DNA of 39,325 bases, taken from assembly GCA_900088475.1 (NCBI GenBank), contig FLMG01002842.1, positions 1-39,325 of the forward strand. Reading direction: 5' to 3'. This DNA is from Hyphochytrium catenoides. Lineage: Eukaryota > Protista > Hyphochytriomycota. Positions 23,124 to 33,010 of this stretch are shown here, piece after piece (position 1 is the stretch's first letter; each line of letters opens with the position of its first letter). The translations under genes were made by a program, and so were the position numbers. Below the pieces are notes generated by a model that saw only the letters and a list, made by a program, of their open reading frames with translations, was not told the origin of the DNA and ran no database searches.

Positions 23124-26100
23124 TCACATAACCTCATAGGCCGGTCCTCCCCCTCCCTCTGGCACTGTCCAGTTGATATACTCCTTGGGCATTTTGATCG
23201 AGCAGCATTTGCAGTGGACGCAGTTCTGAGCATTGATGACAAGCTGAGGCTGGCTCCCATCCTCCGGTGATGTGTACTCATAAACCCTAAGAGAATTGTT
23301 AGATTAGAGAAGAGGACGGCTCTGTGAGCGACATCGATAGGGAGGGAAAGTGGATCAAAAGCAAGGAAGACGGAAAAGGGTTGACTGAGTATGAGCACTA
23401 ATAAGCAGAGAGGAAAGGCAAAACAAGATCTCTTTCGTCCTCCCCACTCCTCTTTCTCTCGTGTGGCTTACTTTGCTGGACAGAATCTTTGCTCCGGACC
23501 GGCATAGACAGGGAAAGACTCATTCGAAGGCACCTCCTCCAGCCCTTGCTTCAGGCGGAGATGGGCAGGTTGGTCGTGGTTGTGATTGGTGCCGCTGCGG
23601 CCAAGATTGGTCAGCAAGTCGAAGGTGACCTTTCCGTCGGGCTTTGGATAGTCGATGGGCTTGAAATCCGAAGCTTTGCCTGTCTTCTCACTGTCTGTCT
23701 TGGTGTTCGCAATCGTCCATGGTTCCTAAGGGAGTCAAAGGAGACAGGCGGAGGTAGATCAATAAAGGGACGCTGTGGCGGTCAATGAGACAGATATCAG
23801 TTCTGATAATGCGAGACGTCTTAGAGAAAAAGTGAGGTCGTTAACGGGGCAACAAGGATACTAGGGCAACGAAAACAGAGAGAAATCGCTCAATATTCGT
23901 TTGCCTCTTTTCTCTTACCTTGCCCCTGAGGATGAAAGACTCAAGAGCCGCATATGCGAGGCCCGGAACTAGACCCCAGTGGAACGCGGCATGCGTGTTC
24001 CGGACCCGCTTTAACTCATCAAAGACCCACGACTTTTTCAAGTCGTGCTCGTACCTTCAAACAAGGGAAAGTGAGTGCACCCAGGACACAGGGAGACGGC
24101 GACAGGAGCAGTTGGAAAAGCGCAAAATTGGGTTGCCAGTAGACGAGGAGTATGTGCAGCCGGGAAACCGGATGAGGTTTCAAGAAAGTTAACTCTGCCT
24201 TGCAGTTAGAAAGAAAGAGGAAGACCTACTGCTCTACTTCCACCGCATTCTCCGAGAGATCTAGCTCTCCAGTGCTGGCCACAGGTTCCTTCCCTGACCC
24301 CTGAAGGGCAGCGAAAACAGCTTCTGCGGCGACCATCCCCGACTTCATAGCCGTGTGGCTTCCCTAGTTTGGCAAGACACAGGAGTAAAGGTTAGCGACA
24401 GAGTTATCGAGTCCTGGAAAACATTTCAAAAGCGGTCTTATGAAGAAACATCTTTGTTCCTATACTGCCCATGAGCCCAGCCGATGGGAATAGTATGAGA
24501 GTCATAGCAATTTGGTGCGAGACACAGAGCGAGAGCAAGGTACGGGGAGGGAGATAGCGAAAAGTTGAAAGTAAGGGTGGTCTTCCCACCTTGATCTTTA
24601 CTGAGTTCAAAAAGCCAGCGGAGCACCCGATGAGGGCTCCACCGGGGAAGGTTAGCTTAGGGATCGCATGGTATCCGCCTTCGTTGAGCACTCGAGCGCC
24701 ATAAGAAATGCAGTTGCCCCCTAGAAGACGAAATGACCACGAATGGCACAGATGAGTGAACATTGACTCGTCAGGGGCTAACACTTAGAAGTCTATGGCC
24801 AGGAGTAATTTGCCGGATGTCCCATTGCGTGCAATGAGAGAGAGAGACAGCTAGACTCTCCGATGGGCACTCACCTTCCAGATGCTTTTTGATATCTGGA
24901 TGCGTCTTCCACCTCTGGAACTCTTCATAAGGAGAGAGATAAGGGTTCTCATAGTCCAGCCCCACGACATAGCCGATCAGCACTAGATTGGGCTTCATAT
25001 GGTAGAGGAAAGAGCCTCCAAAGTTCTTGTCAAAGAGAGAGTTCTGCAGTGGCCAGCCCAAACTATGCTGAACAAAGCCTATTATGGATTAGGAAACAAG
25101 ATGAGTAGAATAGAATCAGACCCAGAGCAGAATGGGAGTGAGGTGATCTGATGCTCGGTCAATTGCACTTGTTACCTGGCTTGATTTTATCCTCTGGAAC
25201 CTCCCAAACCTGCCACCGAGCACAGTTGAGAGGACGAATGGGTAAGAGGCAGGCCGAAAGTCTTAGGGGTCGGGCAGAGCGGAGAAGGAATGCGTTTGGT
25301 GTGTAAGGTCGTAGTGCTAAGCCCAGGTTGGAGCACTTAAGAGGAAGATACTTAGGGTGGTGAAAGGGTTTGAATGGAATGGCTTGCTTTCATCCTGCTG
25401 TTCTCTTACCTCCTTGACACCTAGTCCGTACGTCTGAGGCTGGCGACCTTCTCTAAGGTTGAATTTTCGCATCAGTTCCTCGCTGCAAGAACCTCTGGCA
25501 CCCTCTCCAAACAAAGTTTGTCTTGCGCGAAGCTCCATTCCCCGCGCGAATGTCGACTTAGGCTTTCCATCCTTGCCTACACCTACATCTCTTGTGGCGA
25601 TGCCGAGCACACTTCCATCCTCTCTGTATAATACCTGGCAGAAAAGTCAAACGCTCCTTAGAACCTCCCTCGCAGTTATTCTGCCACGTTGGACCCCCCT
25701 TTCGCCCTCCCTCCCGGCTTTCTCAATTCTCGTTACCTCTTCGCTCTTCTCCTCTATCCAGCCCAAACCATTAGTAAAAGCGCTTGCGCGTCACTATCTG
25801 TAACTGGCTTCGAATGTACGCTTCACTCTTTTCTTGTCATCGTTTCGTCGCTGATCATAACCCGATACTCGATCTTCTCGCCGAACGCTTACAGAGCAAG
25901 CCAAGCTCACCTCAGATGCTGAAAAGCCTGGATAGATCTCCACACCAAGCTCTTCCGCCTGTTCTCCCAACCACCGGACGAGTTTGCCAAGACTGATAAC
26001 ATAATTGCCTTGATTGTGCTGAAGAAGTAGCGACGAAGGAATAACAAGTAGATGGTTAATCTTCCCACCATAAAGAGTAAACGTTGTCCGACAGGACAGA

Positions 26101-26898
26101 GGGACAAGAAACTCTACAATATAGATGCAAGAGGGTCAATATCCTAGGAGTGGCCGATCGAAGACAAATTGCCTGGGTCTGAAGTGCGACCCCACGAACC
26201 TGCTCAGGAGGAAGAAGGAAGTTTGGTAGTCTGATGGACTTTTCCTTGGACATAAATAGAAAGCTGTCCTCAGTCACTTCTGTCTCTAGCGGGGCCCCTT
26301 TCTCCTTCCAGTCAGGAATAAGCTCATTTAGAGCCCGAGGCTCAAAGACGTTGCCTTCAGAGAGAGCGCATGGAGAGAAGAGAGTAAGAGGGAGACAGAC
26401 AGAGTTTGGCAACAACAAAAGACCAAATTTGCTAAGGAGGCCCACTTTCGAGGAGCAGCAACAAGCGAAGGAGGGGAACATTGAGATATGACGCTGAGGG
26501 AAGCTAGCCTGACTTCCAAACCATCTCCTGTTTCTTTTTCCGCTTACCTGAGAGGATATGAGAGCCAATCTCAGCTCCTTTCTCCACAATGCACACTGAC
26601 AAATCCACTCCAGCCTCATTTGACAGTTGCTTCAGTCTAATAGCCGCACTAAGACTTGCAGGGCCACCGCCGACCTGAGCCAAAGGGTTAGAATGGTGTC
26701 GCCGTCTATTCTGATTCTGTTAGGTCCTACCAACAACACATCGTAATCCATTGCCTCTCTTGGCGAGTTCAGCAGCTCTTGCTCCTCGCCAGTCAAAGTC
26801 GAAGAGAAACGGGACAGTCGTGCTACTGTGGGACCCGTTCTTCTGTAGAGTGATGGCACTGCTGCCCTCAACAAGGCTCGACTTCTATGAAGCAACAT
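23124..26898 (-). CDS. ETFDH: Electron transfer flavoprotein-ubiquinone oxidoreductase, mitochondrial (multi-exon)
   Basis: Arg/Ser-rich presequence [20 protein letters not shown]; FAD motif [23 protein letters not shown]; [18 protein letters not shown]; GEGARGS; [10 protein letters not shown]; [13 protein letters not shown]; [10 protein letters not shown]; 4Fe-4S region QRFCPAKVYEY...[15 protein letters not shown]; ends [15 protein letters not shown] with TGA at 23124-23126. Confidence 0.96.
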
Positions 26899-29653
26899 CC
26901 TGTCCTTGATGTCTGCTAATTGCAAAGAGCAGAGCATTCTTAGTGTCCATCCCTAGGTCCTTAGGTTGCCTTGGTTGAGCTTTCCGGGACCGAGTCTAAG
27001 TCAAACGTGTTCGAGCTTACCTGCCTATAAGCTTTACAGCAGGTGTTCCTCCACCACTCTAGCGGTCGCACTCTTTCACCGACTGAAAAAGCCCTCTGTC
27101 TTCCGATCTGGCGCCAGCGCTGCCGATGATGGCTAAGGCAGACAGCAGAATGACAATGATGAAGAATAATGGCGCAAGTGACTCAATGAAAGGCCAAGAA
27201 GAATCATCTGCGCTTCGTTTCTTACTGACTGATCACCGAGCTTCAAGCTCACGACAGACTTTGTCACGGCCCCATACACATTTCTAATCTAAACAATGCT
27301 GATTAGAAACGATAAAGCAGAACCCCTAGACATTACAGTAGAACTGTACGGAAGGATGCATTGTTTTTATTTCGAACAACAAACAGTGCTCCACACAGTG
27401 TGTGTTTGTGTCTTTGTCTCTTGACCGATGATCCTCCTCACACATCAATTATTGCAGGCGGGACGGAACTACTTGTGAGCCAAGTAGGCTACTTGAAGTC
27501 CACCACTAGACTACTTGTACTTGCAGATAAGCGACGTGTGGATGGTGCCAGCAGTGTAACTATAAAGAAGAGGCAAGGGCAGAGATTTGAACAAGTCCTT
27601 ACCAATTATTTTTGTTTGTGACTACCCCGACTTGTACTTGTAGACTGCGGTACGATAAGTAGCTCGTACCCACTTTCATTCGCGTGACTAGAAGCTACTA
27701 GAAGAAGGAAGCAGCAGCAGCTAGTAGTTAGCAGCAGCAGCTAATAAAGTGTACTTCTTGTTGCTTCCTCCTTCTTGCGGCAAGCAGCAGTGCTTCTTGG
27801 AGACAGAAGAAGATAAGGAATACCATCCATTACGGTGATGGCTGGTGCCCTTGGAAGAAGAAAGGCTTTGTCTCGTTGAAGGGCAAACTGCGAGCCCACG
27901 AGCATCTGCCGCTCATCGAAAGGCCAGTATATAAGAAGGGCCTCCTCTTTTTTCTTCTTCTTGTGCACAACATGTTTCCTATAGAAGAATAAAGATTCAT
28001 CAGCACAAACATCATGCTGCAGCATCAACATCATCATCGTCGTTCCTCCCATTAGCCACCGGCGGCTGCTACTACTATTTGTTGACTTCTTCTACCATGA
28101 TGATGACATTCTTGGTGATGAGGAACTGCTGGTGGGCGGCGCACCACCTTAGAGAACCTGCTGCGCACACGGTTCCCAAGAGGTATGCTCGCAGCTGCGT
28201 ATTATGCTTCCATAATTATCTTCTTGTTCTAGTAGGAAGGCAACGAAGAAGGGAGAGTAAATGTTATTATGAATATTCTAGTACTTAGTGTTGTTGTTGC
28301 TCAAGACAATAACAACAACGAGAAGGGTAACCCTCCTCCGCAAAATAGTAGCGATGACAGCGTTTCTCCTGCTACTAACGGATTCAACAATGAGGGCCCC
28401 TCCCAGAGCCGATTCCTCGGTAGAGGAGTGATTCGTCTATTCGTAAAGCGAACGAACTATTCGAGGAGCATATCATTCAAGACCCAAAGCTCGATATTGC
28501 TCATCATGCCTCCTGATGATGGTGAAGTAGTAGAGCATCATTATTGCTGGGCCAAGTAAACCATCATCTATCTATCTTACGTCGCACTACTTGGGGATTA
28601 TAGTATATAAGTAACAACGTTCCTGATGATGGTGACCGTCCTGTCGGGTGATCCCGGAATCAATATTTACGACGACCCTGCTGGCAGTGTACGAGCTTGT
28701 AATAACAGTTCTAATAGATAGATTCGCTGCAATTAATCGCTCTTCTCGTCGTGTTATCCCCCTCCTCCTCATCATGCAGCAGAACGCGCCAATGTATGTG
28801 TATGTCGTCTCCAACAGGGCAGCGCACAAATGACAATATCCCTCAGAAAGTTCGGCAGTAGTATCTTAATGAGAGGAGTAGCAGCGGTCCCAGTCGGAGG
28901 ACTTCAAATTATTTACTACTCCTTTTCACGCCTCCTTTATGTTTTTAGGCGTTGGAGACAACCGATGGAAGTCAGTAGTAGGGCGACTCATTCACCACCA
29001 CCACCACCACCACGATAGATGTAAGGAGGTAAGTAAGTAAGGACCCGGTCTTCTGATCACACTAGCTCCTTACCAATAGAAGATGGGGAGGAGGACGAAG
29101 AACGTTTATTATGTCTCTTCTGCCGCCTTTGCTCTCTATATTTCTGGCTCTTCTACTATTACCCCTGCTGTCCTGTCGTGTTTACCCTTCTCCATCTATC
29201 CCCCATCATTATTACCTCTCTTCAGGTCTCATAATAAATAGGTGATGTTGATGATGCTGGTTGAGGAGGAGCCTCTGTTGAGGAAGTGATTAACGCACAG
29301 CGGCGGGTCCGTCCGGACTGGCTGCGGTTCGGGGCCAACAGCCAGCAGCTGTGGTCCTTAAAGGAGGTAACTGGGGGGTTTCCCCATGTTCTTCTTGTTG
29401 TTGATGTGTGGAGAGAAGGAGAAAAATGCTTCTATAAGGTCTTTAGGTGATGGATGCCTACTATAAATAACATCCTCGGAGTTAGCAAGCCTAAGATAAT
29501 ACTAGGTAATAAGTCTAATCCTACACTATGCTCTGCCTCACCCACACCAGCTATTATTATCTATGGCTTCGAATAGGCTAACATAACCTACAGTAATCGC
29601 ATCGAGTTCCCCTACTATTGACTATGACCGATGCTCCGTTCATACAGTACCCA

Positions 29654-29790
29654 GATTATTGCTTCGCTCCATCTAACAATAACTATGGCTTAGCTCCAAC
29701 TAGCAATAATTTTGGCTTAGCTCCGTCTAGCAATGACTATGACTTAGCTCCGTCTAACAATAACTATGGCTTAATTGGCTCCATCTAAAC
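29654..29790 (+). repeat. 27-bp tandem repeat, about 5 copies (consensus AACTATGGCTTAGCTCCGTCTAGCAAT = NYGLAPSSN)
   Basis: Units start at 29654, 29681, 29708, 29735 and 29762. The fifth carries a 4-nt insertion. There are no spacers. Confidence 0.85.
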
Positions 29791-30856
29791 ACTATAAAAA
29801 ATGCATGGCCCCACCCGAAGTAAGGGTCCACCACCACTCTGGGGCTGTAGTACCGGGTTTAAGTCCTACAGTAACCCCCCAGCACCCGTTCTCCATCCTA
29901 ACTACTCCAGGTTCTTTTCCCACCCAAGCACTCTTTTGTACCGGTACAGGGTGTGTGTGTAGGGACGGGTGGGTGGGTGGTGGGCAAGGAAGGAGGGTCT
30001 AAGAGGGCGGAGGGTCCGCTGGGGGCCCACCTGTCTGCGTTTCTTGCCTGTTGTGTCTGATGGGTCCCAAGCTCCTCATGATGTTGATCATCGACATGAC
30101 GCTGGACGACAGACAGACAGGAGCGAGCAGGGCGGCGGCTGAGGTGATGAACTTTGTCGAACCCGTTGCTTGTTCTCCTGCTGCCCTTGATTCAAGCTGT
30201 GGCAACCACAGCAGAGCGAGGACAGGAAGTGGTGGCGGAAGTGGAGATGGTCTTAGGTCTTCCTCCTTTTGTTGCTGAAGTGGGGAAGTCTGCGGTCATG
30301 ATGCTAGTGGTGTCGGCAGCCGTTAGGTGTCTTGAATATTAAGGGCAATGCAGCAACTGCACTGCTAGCAGGCAGCAAGCAATCCTCAAATCTGATTGAC
30401 CTGCTGTAGCTAGAGTTCTTTGGGTGGTGCTGCTGAATGATGATGATAGGGACTTTTCCCAATACTCAGTTGTCAACAATGCAGAAGTGGTGCAAGTTAG
30501 TATTATGATGCAGCAGCAGCAGCAGCTTATGATGGAGGAGTGAGAAGGCCACATCTTGTTGGCTGATTAGAAGTCAGTTCATCAACAACGAAGGAAACAA
30601 CAGCTCTTTAGCTTGGTTTCGTAGTAGTAAGAAGTTTGCAGCAGGAGCGCAGGAAGGCGAAACGGTGAGGAGACACAACAGGGATCATGACACTTGTTCC
30701 TTCAGCAGGAGGAGGCATCATCAAGAGCAACATGACGCGGGACCTAGTATAAGGAGTGGCTCCAATCTTAACCTCAGATGTGTGATCAACCCCACCAGGC
30801 GGCTTAGACAAAGAAGTAGGCACGGAAACGTCGTGGTTATCATCTTCTTCTTCACT

Positions 30857-33010
30857 ATGCTAAGCCCAGCCGCCTTACAAAGAGTACTTGAGGCGTCACC
30901 GTTCCCAGTGATCACCATGAGTGCGGATGGTGACGTCCTGCTATGGAACCAAGCTGCGACACAGTTCTTTGGCTGGTCGAGTGAAGAGGCCTGTCAGAGC
31001 AAACTCCATCTGCTCATCATTCCTGAGCGATTTCGGGAACGACATTTGAAGAGTGTCAGCCGGTACATACAGACAGGCAGCAAGGTATTTTTGGGCACTG
31101 CTGTCCGTGTCCCAGCGCTGAGAAAAGACGGCTCTGAAGTCATGGTCGAGATTCACGTGGAGGAAACGACTCCCGTTGTTGAACAGGAAGGAGCAAAGCC
31201 ACCTTTACGGACCCTCACAGCTTATGTGAAGGACCTTTCCAGTCAACTTGATCTAGAGAGAAGAGTGGACGAGAGACATGCTGAGACCTTGCAGTCACTT
31301 CTCGAGATTCTGAAGCACTCAAAGTTTGCAGTCTTCACGAAGGATGTAGAGGGCAAGTATACCTTTGCGAATGACAATGTGCTGAAGTTGGTCTCAGGCT
31401 TGGGGAACAACATGGGCTCGGCGCCAGATGTTGTAGGCAAGACAGACTATGAGATCTTTTCTCCCGAGGTGGCTGAGGACCTAAGGCAGAAGGACCTGGA
31501 AGTGATGAACAAGGCTAATGCTGCGGTGTCAACAGTTGAAGAAACGCTGTTCACCCCTCCTTCTACTTCCGCCTCACCCTCCTCTCCGTCAGGCGCAGCC
31601 GCTACGTTCGTGACCACACGCTCCCGTCTGTGCAACGCTAATGGCAGCGTTATTGGCATCTTTGGCTTCGCCTATGACATCACAGAGTATAAGAACGCGC
31701 TTCTGGAAATGACCAAGATAGAGAATGAGAAGCTGCTTTGGAGAGAGCAGAATGCCATTGCCAGGTCGAGACAAAAATCCGCCTTCCTTGCTAACATGTC
31801 ACATGAGATTAGAACCCCTATCAACGCCATAATCTCGCTCACATCCCTGCTTCTGGACACACAGCTTAGTAGTGAACAAAAAGATTACCTTATCGGCCTC
31901 AAGCAGAGCTCATCTTGTCTGATGTCACTTGTCAATGATATCTTGGATATCTCGAAGATTGAGTCTGGACGGATACAACTGGAGGAGCTGGATACGGAAG
32001 TCAGTGAGCTTATCTCCGAGTTATGTACCGTCTTTCGGCATCCAGCCAAATCGAAGAAGCTTCACTTGCATCTTCATGACCGTATTCCTGAGGACAAGAA
32101 GACAATTAAGGTGGACAGTGGAAGGCTTCGACAGGTTCTCAACAATATCCTCAGCAATGCTCTCAAGTTCACTTTTACGGGCCGCATTGATCTCTATGCC
32201 GACTTTATAGAGGCGGAGCCAGAGCCGCAGATTAGCGAACGAGGACGTAACAACGAAGTGTCTGGCCCAGACAAAGCAGCAGCAGCGGGGCTGCTGGAAA
32301 ACAACAACAGCAGCGGGTTCCTTAAGTTTACGGTTGTAGACACGGGTCTTGGAATACCAGCTGATAAACAGTCACTGCTATTTGAGCCTTTCTCCCAAGC
32401 TGAAGCATCAACTACTCGTCGCTTTGGGGGCACAGGTTTAGGCCTCTCCATTAGTAAGAACCTTGTCAACCTCATGCGCGGGGACATCGGGTTCAGTAGT
32501 CAAGAGAATGAAGGGAGTACCTTCTGGTTCACCATTCCCTACATCAAGGGCGAAGCGAAGCCGACAGGAAACCACCACAAAGCCGTCTCACCGCCGCCCA
32601 AGAGGAAGACAAGCACCCGGTTCATATTAGTTGTTGACGACAACAGCATGAACCTTAAAGTCGCGATGAAGCTTTTAGAAAGAGGGGGTTATAAGAGCAT
32701 TGGATGTGAGAATGGAGCTGAAGCTTTACAGAGCTTGCAGACCGATCCGCACCTATTTGGCTTAGTATTGATGGACTGCAGCATGCCTGTCCTTGACGGC
32801 TATGAGACTACCAGGAGGATCCGGCAGCTTCCTCCACCACTAGGAAACATTCCTGTTGTTGCGATGACGGCAAACGCTATGGAAGGGGAACGGGAACATT
32901 GTCTACAGGTAGGGATGGACGACTATCTAAGCAAGCCTATCCATCGAGCTACTCTCCTCGAGAAGGCAGCCTTTTGGATCTCTAAGTATGAGGAAGAGGA
33001 TGCAGCATAA
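30857..33010 (+). CDS. Intronless cytosolic hybrid histidine kinase (PAS-PAS-HisKA-HATPase-REC), 717 aa
   Basis: H-box FLANMSHEIRTP (His codon 31802-31804); N-box RLRQVLNNILSNALKFT; G1 DTGLG; F-box LFEPFSQ; G2 FGGTGLGL; receiver VVDDN, LMDCSMP (Asp codon 32774-32776), AMTANA, KP. Two PAS folds at the N-terminus. First in-frame ATG at 30857. Confidence 0.95.
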   Translation: MLSPAALQRVLEASPFPVITMSADGDVLLWNQAATQFFGWSSEEACQSKLHLLIIPERFRERHLKSVSRYIQTGSKVFLGTAVRVPALRKDGSEVMVEIHVEETTPVVEQEGAKPPLRTLTAYVKDLSSQLDLERRVDERHAETLQSLLEILKHSKFAVFTKDVEGKYTFANDNVLKLVSGLGNNMGSAPDVVGKTDYEIFSPEVAEDLRQKDLEVMNKANAAVSTVEETLFTPPSTSASPSSPSGAAATFVTTRSRLCNANGSVIGIFGFAYDITEYKNALLEMTKIENEKLLWREQNAIARSRQKSAFLANMSHEIRTPINAIISLTSLLLDTQLSSEQKDYLIGLKQSSSCLMSLVNDILDISKIESGRIQLEELDTEVSELISELCTVFRHPAKSKKLHLHLHDRIPEDKKTIKVDSGRLRQVLNNILSNALKFTFTGRIDLYADFIEAEPEPQISERGRNNEVSGPDKAAAAGLLENNNSSGFLKFTVVDTGLGIPADKQSLLFEPFSQAEASTTRRFGGTGLGLSISKNLVNLMRGDIGFSSQENEGSTFWFTIPYIKGEAKPTGNHHKAVSPPPKRKTSTRFILVVDDNSMNLKVAMKLLERGGYKSIGCENGAEALQSLQTDPHLFGLVLMDCSMPVLDGYETTRRIRQLPPPLGNIPVVAMTANAMEGEREHCLQVGMDDYLSKPIHRATLLEKAAFWISKYEEEDAA

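Noticed and set aside
29654-29790. CRISPR-like array
   Set aside because: The units are head-to-tail with no unique spacers, the context is eukaryotic, and no cas genes are present.
30665-30856. 64-aa N-terminal extension of the kinase, including a short hydrophobic run
   Set aside because: It relies on a non-ATG start. The first ATG (30857) sits directly before PAS-A, so this stretch is probably 5' UTR.
23124-33010. Functional cluster of an O2-sensing kinase divergent from ETFDH
   Set aside because: The starts are about 4 kb apart and adjacency in a eukaryote is weak evidence; no shared regulatory element was seen.
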